Positions 1 through 9,566 of a stretch of DNA of 64,000 nucleotides are shown here, one piece after another. A program made the translations under genes and the position numbers. The DNA comes from Acidobacteriota bacterium (GTDB lineage Bacteria > Acidobacteriota > Thermoanaerobaculia > Gp7-AA8): NCBI GenBank assembly GCA_019244185.1, contig JAFATB010000012.1, positions 64,001 through 128,000 on the forward strand, given 5' to 3'. The first letter of the stretch is position 1, and every line of letters begins with the position of its first letter. Below the pieces are notes generated by a model, which was given only the letters and a program-made list of their open reading frames with translations, did not search any database and had not been told where the DNA came from.

Positions 1-1256
1 ATCACCGTGCCCGCGACGACCAGCTGCGAGATGAACGCGATCACCAGCCGCGCCGCGAGCGCGATGAGCGTGCCCCACAGCGGCCACTGCACCTGCCGCC
101 GCTCCTCGGCGCCCGCATCGCGGTACGAGCGATAGAGCGCGATGCAGGCCAGGATCGGATAGACGGCGAGCAGCGGGAACGGCAGCAGCACGAGCATCGC
201 CGCGACGACGACGGCGGCCCACTTCAGATGCAGCGCCATGAAGATGCGCGCGAGGCCGAGGAAGAGCGCGACGATCGAGAAGATCGTCTGCAGCGGACGC
301 AGCGCGAACGCGTGACGCGTGCCTTCCGTGCGTCCGCGATATGCGATGCGCAGCGCCACGAACATGCCGATCACGGCGAGAGCGGCCGAACAGACGTGCA
401 CCGCCGTTTCGAGCGTGTGCAGGCGTGCCGCGTTCGCGGTGGGAAAGAGCACCGACGTGCCGAGGAAGACCATCACGCCGGCGACGGCGGACGCCGGCAC
501 GCCGTAGACCCAGCGCAGCACGTGCGGCGCGCGCGTCACGATCGGCCGTTCGCGCGGGAAGATCAGCGCGAGGTGGAGCGTGAGCGGCGCGAACGCGTAC
601 GCGCCGGCGAGCAGCGCGAGCAGCGGAAAGACGCTCGTCAGCGGCGCGGTGAAGATCCCGCGCATGTTGAGCAGGCTCTCGATCGCGACGACGGCCGTGC
701 CGACGATCGACACCGCGCCGACCGACGTCATGATGCAGAAGACGCGGGCGCGGCGATCGCCGGGACTGCGGCTGAAGACGAAGATGCCGATGGCCACGAA
801 GACGATGGCCACGAAGATGGACGTCAGGAACGCGAAGAGATACGACGCGCCGATCGGCGACGCGAGCCGCACCGGGATGTCGAGCAGCTTGCCGCCGCGC
901 TCCACGCGGAACGTGATGACGTCGCCGGTGTGCACGCGCATGTCGAGGGCGCGCAAACGCGGCTGGTCGTACATCGGAATGCCGTCGATCGCCTTGACCA
1001 CGTCGCGGACGTGCATCCCGCCGGCGCGCGCACCGCCCGACGGATCGAGCATGATCACCATGCCCGGCTGCAGCCCCATCACCACGCGGCCCGGCTTCGC
1101 GCCCTGTTCGCCGCGCGTGTACTCCTGGATGTAGGTGACGCCCGCCGTGCCGGCGTGCCGCCAATGCCGCAGCCGCACGATGCCGTACGCGAGCTCCAGC
1201 CCGGCGACGGCGATCGCGATGATGACGAAGAGAGTGACTTTACGACGATCGGACAT
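1..1256 (-). CDS. PDZ-domain multi-pass membrane sensor protein, N-terminal part (runs off left edge); likely SpoIIE phosphatase, kinase or cyclase sensor
   Basis: Not in ORF track (no stop in window). Manual translation from ATG 1256: MSDRRKVTLFVIIAIAVAGLELAYG (TM), then PDZ-like GMHVRDVVKAIDG...GDVITFRVERGGKLLDIPVRL, then several hydrophobic helices. Output domain is outside the window. Confidence 0.75.
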   Translation of the reverse strand, partial: MSDRRKVTLFVIIAIAVAGLELAYGIVRLRHWRHAGTAGVTYIQEYTRGEQGAKPGRVVMGLQPGMVIMLDPSGGARAGGMHVRDVVKAIDGIPMYDQPRLRALDMRVHTGDVITFRVERGGKLLDIPVRLASPIGASYLFAFLTSIFVAIVFVAIGIFVFSRSPGDRRARVFCIMTSVGAVSIVGTAVVAIESLLNMRGIFTAPLTSVFPLLALLAGAYAFAPLTLHLALIFPRERPIVTRAPHVLRWVYGVPASAVAGVMVFLGTSVLFPTANAARLHTLETAVHVCSAALAVIGMFVALRIAYRGRTEGTRHAFALRPLQTIFSIVALFLGLARIFMALHLKWAAVVVAAMLVLLPFPLLAVYPILACIALYRSYRDAGAEERRQVQWPLWGTLIALAARLVIAFISQLVVAGTV

Positions 1257-1296
1257 CGTGCGTATGAGGCTACGAGCCGATTGTCCTACGGTTGCA

Positions 1297-1965
1297 TCAG
1301 TCGCGCGAGCCGCGCCGGTTCACGATGGACATGAACTCCTGCCGCGTGCGCTCGTCGTTGAGGAACTCGCCGCGCAGGACGTTCGTTTCCATGAACGATT
1401 CCTCCTGCTCCACGCCGCGCATGACCATGCAGAGATGCACGCCGCCCATCCACACCGCGATGCCGCGCGGCTCGAGGATCTTCTCGATCGTGTCGGCGAC
1501 GTCGTGCGCGAGATGCTCCTGCGACTGCAGCCGCCGCATGTGCACTTCGACGATGCGCGGGATCTTCGACGCGCCGATGATCATCCGCTCGGGGATGTAG
1601 CCGATGATGAACTTTCCGAAGAACGGCAGGATGTGATGCGCGCAGAGCGTCTTGTACGTCCCGCCGATGACGACCAGGTTCTGGCAGTTCTCGTCCGCCG
1701 CGGAGCACGCCTTGCGGAACAAGGTGGTCAACTTCTTGACGTCCGTGTAGTCGTAGCCGCTGGTCATCGTGACCAGCGAATCGGACCAGCGGCGCGGCGT
1801 GTCGAGGAGGTTCTCGTCCGTCAGATCGACGTGCAGCAGCCGCAGCGCCTCGCGGAGGTGATGCTGCAAGGCGTCGCGGTCGATGGAGGGGCGGGGATTC
1901 GAGAGCAGGCCGCGATCGTCCAGCACGTCGATCTCGCGGGCCAGAGCGAGTTCGGTTTCGTCCAT
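1297..1965 (-). CDS. folE: GTP cyclohydrolase I
   Basis: DTPRR, LCAHHILPFFG, GYIP...IGASKIPR, RRLQSQE, HLCMVMRG motifs. Start placed at ATG 1965 (MDETEL). Confidence 0.9.
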   Translation of the reverse strand: MDETELALAREIDVLDDRGLLSNPRPSIDRDALQHHLREALRLLHVDLTDENLLDTPRRWSDSLVTMTSGYDYTDVKKLTTLFRKACSAADENCQNLVVIGGTYKTLCAHHILPFFGKFIIGYIPERMIIGASKIPRIVEVHMRRLQSQEHLAHDVADTIEKILEPRGIAVWMGGVHLCMVMRGVEQEESFMETNVLRGEFLNDERTRQEFMSIVNRRGSRD

Positions 1966-2061
1966 GACCGCGACAGAGTACGCGCAATGGCCCGTTCTTG
2001 ACGACTGAATGACCATTCATTCATACTGGCCCGGAAGCTGTATTTCGTAGGAGTCTCGATC

Positions 2062-3954
2062 ATGGCCGAAGTCAAAACGCAGGGTGCCGTCGAAGCGATG
2101 GAGGTGGCCGAAGCCTCCCGCGAGACCGAATGGGAAAAGCCTTCCTTCGTCGGCGATCTCTTTCTCGGCAAGCTGAATCTCGACCTCATTCATCCCTTCC
2201 CCGAGCAGCCCGCCGCCGACAAGGCGGAAGGCGACGCGTTCCTCACGAAGCTCGAGCGCTTTCTCGCCGAGCAGGTCGACGCGGAAGAGATCGACCGCAA
2301 AGGCGAGTACGACTACTCGCTCTTCGACGGCCTCAATGAGATCGGCGCCTGGGGGATGAAGATCCCGAAGGAGTACGGCGGCCTCGGATTCAGCGCGACG
2401 AACTACAACCGCGCCATCGGACTCACGGCGACGTGGTGCGGCTCGACGGTGGCGTGGCTCTCCGCGCACCAGTCGATCGGCGTGCCGCAGCCGCTCAAGC
2501 TCTTCGGCACCGAGGAGCAGAAGAAAAAGTATCTGCCGCGTCTGGCGAAAGGCGCGATCTCCGCGTTCGCGCTGACCGAGCCGGGCGTCGGCTCCGATCC
2601 CGCGAAGATGGAGACGCGCGCGGTGCCGACTCCCGACGGCAAAGGCTGGACGCTCAACGGCGAGAAGCTGTGGTGCACGAACGGCCTCAAGGCGGAAGTC
2701 ATCGTCGTGATGGCGCAGACGCCGCCGAAGATCGTCAACGGCAAAGAGAAGAAGCAGATCTCCGCGTTCATCCTGGAAACGAACACGCCGGGCGTCGAGA
2801 TCGCGCACCGCTGCCAGTTCATGGGACTGCGCGGCATCGGCAACGTGCTCATTCGCTTCAACGACGTCTTCATCCCGAAAGAGAACCTGCTGTGGGGTGA
2901 AGGTCTCGGCCTCAAGCTCGCGCTGATCACGCTCAACACCGGACGCCTCACGATCCCCGCGGGCTGCGCGGCCGGCGGCCGGCGCATGCTCGAGATCGCG
3001 CGCGACTGGGCGAACGAACGCGTGCAGTGGGGCGCGCCGATCGGCAAGCACGAGGCGGTCGCGGCGAAGCTGTCGTGGATGGCCTCGCACACGTTCGCGA
3101 TGGAAGCGATCGTGTGGCTGACGTCGGGACTCGCCGATCGCGGCGACGTCGATCTCCGCCTCGAAGCGGCGATGGCGAAGCTCTTCAACACCGAGATGGC
3201 GTGGAAGTGCGTCGACGAGCTCGTGCAGATCCGCGGCGGCCGCGGCTTCGAGACGTCGTGGTCGCTCAAGGCGCGCGGCGAGAAGGGCTATCCCGTCGAG
3301 CGGATCATGCGCGACATGCGCATCAACCGCATCTTCGAAGGGACGAGCGAGATCCAGCATCTCTTCATCGCGCGCGAGGCGGTCGATCCGCACATGAAGC
3401 GCGGCTACAAGATCCTGCTTCCTGAAACGCCGACGAACGAGAAGCTCAGCGCCGCGGCGAAAGCGGGCGCGTACTACGCGACCTGGTATCCGTCGCGTTA
3501 CGTCGGCTGGAGCCGCTTCCCGAAATACGGCGACTTCGGCCGCCTCTCCACGCACCTCGGATACATCGAGCGCCAGTCGCGCCATCTCTCGCGCTCGATC
3601 TTCCACGCCATGATGCGCTTCCAGGCGAAGCTCGAGCGCAAGCAGATGGTGCTCTTCCGCATCGTCGACATCGGCACCGATCTCTTCGCCATGTCCTCCG
3701 CGATTACGTACGCGGAGATGCTGGCGAAGAAGGGCGAGAAGAACGCCATCGATCTCGCGGACCTCTTCTGCCGCGAGGCGCGCGTGCGCATCGACCAGAA
3801 CTTCCGCACGCTCTTCGACAACCACGACGAACTCGCCTATCGCGTGGTGCAGAAGTTCATGAAGGGCGAGTATCAGTGGCTCGAAGGGCAGCTCGTCGAG
3901 CCGCTCGTGCCGACCGCGGAACAGGTCGAAGAAGCGATCCGGCAGCTCGCCTGA
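2062..3954 (+). CDS. Long/very-long-chain acyl-CoA dehydrogenase (VLCAD/ACAD9-like with C-terminal extension)
   Basis: AFALTEPGVGSD, LNGEKLWCTNG, QIRGGRG, RDMRINRIFEGTSEI; 630 aa. Confidence 0.93.
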   Translation: MAEVKTQGAVEAMEVAEASRETEWEKPSFVGDLFLGKLNLDLIHPFPEQPAADKAEGDAFLTKLERFLAEQVDAEEIDRKGEYDYSLFDGLNEIGAWGMKIPKEYGGLGFSATNYNRAIGLTATWCGSTVAWLSAHQSIGVPQPLKLFGTEEQKKKYLPRLAKGAISAFALTEPGVGSDPAKMETRAVPTPDGKGWTLNGEKLWCTNGLKAEVIVVMAQTPPKIVNGKEKKQISAFILETNTPGVEIAHRCQFMGLRGIGNVLIRFNDVFIPKENLLWGEGLGLKLALITLNTGRLTIPAGCAAGGRRMLEIARDWANERVQWGAPIGKHEAVAAKLSWMASHTFAMEAIVWLTSGLADRGDVDLRLEAAMAKLFNTEMAWKCVDELVQIRGGRGFETSWSLKARGEKGYPVERIMRDMRINRIFEGTSEIQHLFIAREAVDPHMKRGYKILLPETPTNEKLSAAAKAGAYYATWYPSRYVGWSRFPKYGDFGRLSTHLGYIERQSRHLSRSIFHAMMRFQAKLERKQMVLFRIVDIGTDLFAMSSAITYAEMLAKKGEKNAIDLADLFCREARVRIDQNFRTLFDNHDELAYRVVQKFMKGEYQWLEGQLVEPLVPTAEQVEEAIRQLA

Positions 3955-3974
3955 CGGCGAGCTGCCTCGCGCTC

Positions 3975-4190
3975 TCAGATCTTTGCGGCGTCGTCGACGC
4001 TCTCGTGCCCCTCGTACTTCATGAGGCAGTCGCGGCAGATGAGCTGCGCGCTGTTCGAGCCGGGGCGCGGCACCCAGCCGTCCTGATGCACGGCGTCGTC
4101 GAACGAGCGCGTGTACTCCTCCGGAATCTCACCCACGATCTCGCGTGTGAGCTCGCATTCACCGCAGCGGAGGAGGACCCGTCCTTCCAT
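3975..4190 (-). CDS. Small CxxC...CxxC zinc-ribbon-like protein (71 aa)
   Basis: MEGRVLLRCGEC...ICRDCL; ATG 2 nt after the peptidase stop, with GGAG upstream. Confidence 0.7.
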   Translation of the reverse strand: MEGRVLLRCGECELTREIVGEIPEEYTRSFDDAVHQDGWVPRPGSNSAQLICRDCLMKYEGHESVDDAAKI

Positions 4191-4192
4191 GG

Positions 4193-5938
4193 CTATTGCT
4201 CTCCGGCAGCCGGGAAGACCGGCGTAATGTCGACCGGGATGTCTTTCAATCCGGCGATCACGCCCTGCATCTCGGGCGTCGAAACGCCGTAGCGATCGAG
4301 CAGCCGCTGCGCGCGCGGCAGGTCGCCCGTCGCCTCGATGGTGAGGAGCTCGGTCGCCAGCGTGCGCACGCCGTCGCGATACTTCGTGAAATCGACGTTG
4401 TACGTGCCGTTGCCCGCCGGCGTCACGGCGCCGTGCTCGCGCAGCCAGTTCCACTGCACGGCGGTGCCGCGGCCGTGCGCCTCGTCGATGCCGAAGCGCA
4501 TGGAGCGGAACATGAGTCCCGTGTACGTCGCGAAGAGCTGCCGTTCATCGAACGAGTTGAGCAGCCCGTGATCGCGCGCGTAGAGAATGTTCCAGAGGCC
4601 GACCACGTCCGCCTTGCACTCTTCGATCGTCGAGTAGAGGTTCTTGAGGAGGATGCGCGAGTCGACGCGCTGGCCCGAGCCGGCGGGATCGGGGATGAGT
4701 CCCGGCCCGAGGCCGTGCGACAGCTCGTGGAAGAGGGTGTGGTTGAAGTAGGCGTCGAACGAGAGGAGGTCGCGCAGCGACGGATCGAGCACGCGGTTCG
4801 CGATGGGCACGCCGCTCTGCCGGAACTTCGCGTCCATCACGTTCTTGAGCAGCACCTTCTTCGAGCCCTTCTGCTCGCGCACGACCTCGTCGTTCGGCAG
4901 GTTGAACGCGGCGGTCTGCACGCCGCGGCGCGCGTCGCCGGCGGTGTAGATCTCCTGCACGACGCGGATCGGCGAGTCGGTGCCGCGGTTCGGGTTCATG
5001 TACTCGGCCGGCTCGGGGAGATTGCGCTCCATGTCCGGCAGATGCTGCGCGTACGCGGCGAGCTTGTCGCTCTCCGGCTTGTCGACGACGGTGACGAACG
5101 ACTCGAACGCCGCCTTGTAGTTGAACATCGAGTCTTCGTAGACCTCGTACGGTCCGATCACGACTTCGAGCGGCCCGTTGAGATCCATCCACGCGATGTC
5201 GCTCTCGCGGTAGTTGTCTTTCATGAACGCCGCGGCGAGCTTGGTGAGGTAATCGCGCAGCGAGGCGTTGTTCGTCAGCGCGGCGGCGTCACGCAGCGAC
5301 GCGGCGGCGCGATCGAGCTCCGCGGCGTAGTAGCGCGAGTACGGAATCGCCTCGAGATCGTTGCCGCGGCGGCGGATGACGGTGAAGAGTCCCTCGAACG
5401 CTTCCTTCTGATCGGGATGCGCGGCCACCCAGCGCTCGAACTCTTCCTTCGACATGTCGGGCGGATAGAACGCCGCGCCTTCCGGCTTCGCGCCTTCCTT
5501 GCCGAACGGCTCGATGAACGGCTCGTCCTGCGCGAGACGGTCCCAGCGTCCCTTGTTGATGAGGAAGTACTCGTACGCGTCGCGCTCGAGCGGCGAGTTC
5601 TGCGCCTGCGAGGAGAGCTTCGTGCGATAGACGGGATTGCGCTCGTCGACCTGGCGCCAGTAGATCTCGTCGATCACCTTCGACGCGTCGATGAGCTTCG
5701 CCACGACCTGGCGCTCGTTGTCGTCGAGCAGCGCGTGGTCGTAGTCGATGGTCGTGCGCGGCAGCTGCGCGAGCCGCTGCGGCACGTCCTGCTTCGGCGC
5801 GAGGCGTGCCGGCGCGACGTACGTCGTCTCGGACGGCGACGGCGGATTCGGAGTCGCGGCCGGTTTCGTCATCGGCCCCGTAGTCTGACACGCGAGCGGC
5901 AGGAGAAGAGCGAGCGGGAGCAGCAGCAGCTTCTTCAT
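4193..5938 (-). CDS. Peptidase family M49 (dipeptidyl peptidase III-like) lipoprotein
   Basis: Lipobox LPLAC; GPYEVYED, AFNLPND, HELSHGLGP and EECKAD zinc-ligand motifs. Confidence 0.88.
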   Translation of the reverse strand: MKKLLLLPLALLLPLACQTTGPMTKPAATPNPPSPSETTYVAPARLAPKQDVPQRLAQLPRTTIDYDHALLDDNERQVVAKLIDASKVIDEIYWRQVDERNPVYRTKLSSQAQNSPLERDAYEYFLINKGRWDRLAQDEPFIEPFGKEGAKPEGAAFYPPDMSKEEFERWVAAHPDQKEAFEGLFTVIRRRGNDLEAIPYSRYYAAELDRAAASLRDAAALTNNASLRDYLTKLAAAFMKDNYRESDIAWMDLNGPLEVVIGPYEVYEDSMFNYKAAFESFVTVVDKPESDKLAAYAQHLPDMERNLPEPAEYMNPNRGTDSPIRVVQEIYTAGDARRGVQTAAFNLPNDEVVREQKGSKKVLLKNVMDAKFRQSGVPIANRVLDPSLRDLLSFDAYFNHTLFHELSHGLGPGLIPDPAGSGQRVDSRILLKNLYSTIEECKADVVGLWNILYARDHGLLNSFDERQLFATYTGLMFRSMRFGIDEAHGRGTAVQWNWLREHGAVTPAGNGTYNVDFTKYRDGVRTLATELLTIEATGDLPRAQRLLDRYGVSTPEMQGVIAGLKDIPVDITPVFPAAGEQ

Positions 5939-6008
5939 GGCGCCGCGGATTCTATTCGAGTCGGCGGCATGCTATCGTCCGCCGCAGTCTCAGCCGAGGT
6001 TGCGCCGC

Positions 6009-6620
6009 GTGATCATCGAGTGCCCGAATTGCCGTTCGAAGTACCAGTACGACGAGCAGCGCTTCGAGGGAAAACCGTCGAAGAAGATCAAGTGCTCGCG
6101 CTGCCAGCAGATCTTCGAGATTCAGAATCCGGCCAACGCAAAGCCGGCGGCCGCACCGGAAACGCCGGCGACAAAGAAAGCCGACGTCAACGCCGACGCC
6201 ACGCTCACGCCGCGCGATCGCACGCTGCACTCGCGTCCCATCCCGCCGCCCGACACGACCGAACAATCGCCGCTGCCGCCGCCGACCGGGCCGCAGCTGA
6301 CGACGCCGCAGTTGCCGAAAGGCAAGCGCCTGTCGCTGGCGATCATCGGCGGTCCCGACGCGGGAAGCGTGCATCGCATCCAGCAGCCGCGCACGACCAT
6401 CGGCCGCGCGGGCGCCGATCTCACGCTCAACGACACCGAGGCGTCGCGGCAGCATGCGGCGCTCGAAATCTACGACACCGTGTGCAAGCTCTCCGACCTC
6501 GGCTCGACGAACGGCACACTGGTGGGCGGCGAGAAGATCACCGAAGCGGTCGAGCTGACGGACAAGTCGGAGTTCGTCGTCGGCGCGAGCACGTTGATGC
6601 TCATCGTGACGGATGAATGA
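6009..6620 (+). CDS. MJ0042-type zinc-ribbon + Pro-rich linker + FHA domain protein
   Basis: GTG 6009: IIECPNC...IKCSRCQQIF; FHA motifs IGR, SRQHA, DLGSTNGT. Confidence 0.88.
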   Translation: MIIECPNCRSKYQYDEQRFEGKPSKKIKCSRCQQIFEIQNPANAKPAAAPETPATKKADVNADATLTPRDRTLHSRPIPPPDTTEQSPLPPPTGPQLTTPQLPKGKRLSLAIIGGPDAGSVHRIQQPRTTIGRAGADLTLNDTEASRQHAALEIYDTVCKLSDLGSTNGTLVGGEKITEAVELTDKSEFVVGASTLMLIVTDE

Positions 6621-7401
6621 TCTCGCGGTTCTGTTCCGCCACCGCCAGCTCATCGCCGCGCTCACGGCGCGCGATCTGAAGGCGCGCTACCGCGGCTCGA
6701 TCCTCGGATTTTTCTGGTCGCTCGCGAATCCGCTGCTGCTGCTCGCGGTCTACACGCTCGTCTTCACGCGCTTCTTCCCGAACTCCATCGAGGCGTATCC
6801 GCTCTTTCTCTTCGCGGGCATCCTGCCGTGGACGTTCTTCTCCGCCTCCATTCTCGAATCGACGACGTCGATCTCCGCGAACGCGGGCCTCATCAAGAAA
6901 GTGATGTTCCCCGCGGAGGCGCTGCCGCTCGTGGTCGTGCTCTCGCACCTCGTGCACTTCGCACTGGCGATCCCGATCCTGCTCGCGGCGATCGTCGCGT
7001 TTGCGGCGCTCGGGAAGTTCACGATCAGCGCGACGATCCTGCTCGCGCCGCTGCTCATGCTGCTGCAGACGATCTTCATCGCCGGCGTCGCGTTGATCGT
7101 CTCGTCGGCGTCGGTGCTCTTCCGCGACCTGCGCGACATCATCGCGAACCTCATGCAGCTCGGCTTCTTCGTGACGCCGATCATCTATCAGATCTCGACG
7201 GTTCCCTCGCGGCCGTTGCGCGCGCTGCTGCGCCTCAATCCGATGACACCGTTCGTCGTCTCGTATCAGAAGATCTTCTTCGAGCGCGCGCTGCCGAATC
7301 TGTCGGACAGCGTTCTGATGCTCGTCTACGCGGCGGCGTCGCTGCTCCTTGGCTTCTTCGTCTTCGATCGGCTGCGCGACACGCTGGCGGAGGCGATCTG
7401 A
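6613..7401 (+). CDS. wzm: Polysaccharide ABC transporter permease (Wzm/TagG family)
   Basis: RDLKARYRGSILGFFWSLANP, LIKKVMFP, FRDL, TPIIY, LNPMT. Confidence 0.9.
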   Translation: MNDLAVLFRHRQLIAALTARDLKARYRGSILGFFWSLANPLLLLAVYTLVFTRFFPNSIEAYPLFLFAGILPWTFFSASILESTTSISANAGLIKKVMFPAEALPLVVVLSHLVHFALAIPILLAAIVAFAALGKFTISATILLAPLLMLLQTIFIAGVALIVSSASVLFRDLRDIIANLMQLGFFVTPIIYQISTVPSRPLRALLRLNPMTPFVVSYQKIFFERALPNLSDSVLMLVYAAASLLLGFFVFDRLRDTLAEAI

Positions 7402-7402
7402 C

Positions 7403-8776
7403 ATGGCCGACGCCGCGCCGGACTTCGCCATTCAGGTCGAGAGCGTCTCGAAGAGCTATCGACTGTGGGGACGCCGCTCGCAGTTCGCGACGCTCAAGAG
7501 CGCGTTGCTCAAGCGCGACCTGAAGCTCGACCCCGACGCGAGCGTGGCCGCGCTGCGCAACGTCTCGTTCACCATCGATCGCGGCGAGGCGTTCGGCATC
7601 ATCGGCCGCAACGGCTCCGGCAAGTCGACGATGCTCAAGCTGATCTCGGGCATCCTGAAGCCGACGTCGGGCACGGTCGCGGTGAACGGCCGCATCGCCG
7701 CGCTCATCGAGCTCGGCGCCGGCTTTCATCCGGAGATCACCGGCCGCGAGAACATCTACATCAACGGCATCATGCTCGGACTCTCGCGCCGCGAGATCGA
7801 ACAGCGCTTCGACAAGATCGTGGAGTTCTCCGGCATCGCGGAGTTCCTCGATCAGCCGGTGAAGACGTACTCCTCCGGCATGTACGTGCGCCTCGGCTTC
7901 GCGGTGGCCGTGCACGTCGATCCCGATATCCTGCTCATCGACGAAGTCCTCTCCGTCGGCGACGAGGAGTTCTCCGCGCGTTGCATCGCCAAGATTCAGG
8001 AGATGAAGTATCGCGGCGTGACGCTCGTCTTCGTCACGCACCAGCTCGACCAGGTGCGCAACCTCTGCGACCGGGCGGTGTGGCTCGACCGCGGCCAGCT
8101 CGAGGCGATCGGCGATCCGATGCGCGTCGTCGATGCGTACCTGCAGGAAGTCAGCGGCACGTCGCTCGCGGAGCCGCCCGTCGAAGCCGCGCCGGAGGAA
8201 ACGCCCGCGCCGCCGCCGCGCGACGAGGAAGAACGCTGGGGCAGCGGCGAGGTGCTGATCAAACGCGTGTCGTTAACCGATGAAGAAGGACGCGAGCTCG
8301 TCGCGCTCGGCGCCGGTACGCCGGTCACGATCGACATCGACGTCGAGGCGCGCGCGCCGCAGGACGACTTCGTCTTCGGCCTCGGCCTCTACCACGCCGA
8401 CGGCACGTGCGTGTACGGCACGAACACCGACCTCGAGGGTTACGCATCGCAGCGCCTCGACGGCAACGCGCGCGTGCGCTTCGTGATGCCGTCGCTCGAT
8501 CTCGTGGCCGGCACGTATCGCCTCGACGTCGCCGTGCACACGCGCAACGGACGCTCGTTCGACTACCGCCGCAACGTCGTGCGCATCGTGGTCGGCTCGC
8601 GCGTGCACGACGTCGGCGTCTACCGCCCGAAACACGAGTGGAAGTTCGACGGCGCGATCGCGTTCAAGGCCGTCGATCCGCATCGCGCGAACGTCCCCGC
8701 GCCGATCGCGGAGGCGATCAGGGAGGTCGAAGGCGACTCGTCGCCGCAGCCGCTGCGCCCGCGCCGCAAACGCTGA
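7403..8776 (+). CDS. wzt: Polysaccharide ABC transporter ATPase with C-terminal Wzt_C carbohydrate-binding domain
   Basis: GRNGSGKST, ELGAGFHPEITGRENI, YSSGMYVRLGF, DEVLSVGDEEF; C-terminal RWGSGEV...L.AGTY beta domain. Confidence 0.92.
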   Translation: MADAAPDFAIQVESVSKSYRLWGRRSQFATLKSALLKRDLKLDPDASVAALRNVSFTIDRGEAFGIIGRNGSGKSTMLKLISGILKPTSGTVAVNGRIAALIELGAGFHPEITGRENIYINGIMLGLSRREIEQRFDKIVEFSGIAEFLDQPVKTYSSGMYVRLGFAVAVHVDPDILLIDEVLSVGDEEFSARCIAKIQEMKYRGVTLVFVTHQLDQVRNLCDRAVWLDRGQLEAIGDPMRVVDAYLQEVSGTSLAEPPVEAAPEETPAPPPRDEEERWGSGEVLIKRVSLTDEEGRELVALGAGTPVTIDIDVEARAPQDDFVFGLGLYHADGTCVYGTNTDLEGYASQRLDGNARVRFVMPSLDLVAGTYRLDVAVHTRNGRSFDYRRNVVRIVVGSRVHDVGVYRPKHEWKFDGAIAFKAVDPHRANVPAPIAEAIREVEGDSSPQPLRPRRKR

Positions 8777-8804
8777 CGGACGCGAGCGGGACTATCATCA
8801 CCGC

Positions 8805-9566
8805 ATGCTACCCGTGTCGTTCTCGCTCATTCTCGCCGTCATCATCGGGATCTACATCCTCTCGTCCATCAAGATCCTGCCCGAGTACGAGCGCGGCGTG
8901 ATCTTCCGCCTCGGCCGCCTCTTGCCGCAGGCGAAAGGGCCGGGCCTCTTTCTCGTCTTCGCGCCGATCGACCGCATGCAGCGCGTGTCGCTGCGGCAGG
9001 AAGCGTTCGAGGTGCCGCCGCAGGACATCATCACGCGCGACAACGTCACGCTGAAGGTGAACGCGGTCGTCTTCCTGCGCGTGATCGAGCCGCGCCGCGC
9101 GGTGGTCGAGGTCTACGACTACCGCTACCAGACCTCGCAGTTCGCGCAGACGACGCTGCGCTCCGTCCTCGGCGAAGTGGAGCTCGACGACGTACTCGCG
9201 CATCGCGATCAGCTGAACCTGCGCATCCAGTCGATCCTCGATCAGCACACCGAGCCTTGGGGCGTGAAGGTCGTGAACGTCGAGGTCAAGCAGGTCGATC
9301 TGCCGGAGTCAATGCTGCGTGCGATGGCGAAGCAGGCCGAGGCCGAGCGCGAGAAGCGCGCGAAGCTCATTCACGCCGAAGGCGAGTTCGCGGCGTCGCA
9401 GCGCCTCGCCGACGCGGCGAAGATCCTCGCCAGCGAGCCGGCCACGATTCAGCTGCGCTACCTGCAGACGCTCACCGAGATCGGCGTCGAGAAGAACACG
9501 ACCATCGTCTTCCCGCTGCCGGTCGACATCATCAGCGGCCTGGCGAAGGCGCTGCAGCGCGAATGA
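8805..9566 (+). CDS. SPFH/stomatin (slipin, band-7) membrane protein
   Basis: EYERGVIFRLGR, QTTLRSVLG, RAMAKQAEAERE, LRYLQTL. Confidence 0.93.
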   Translation: MLPVSFSLILAVIIGIYILSSIKILPEYERGVIFRLGRLLPQAKGPGLFLVFAPIDRMQRVSLRQEAFEVPPQDIITRDNVTLKVNAVVFLRVIEPRRAVVEVYDYRYQTSQFAQTTLRSVLGEVELDDVLAHRDQLNLRIQSILDQHTEPWGVKVVNVEVKQVDLPESMLRAMAKQAEAEREKRAKLIHAEGEFAASQRLADAAKILASEPATIQLRYLQTLTEIGVEKNTTIVFPLPVDIISGLAKALQRE

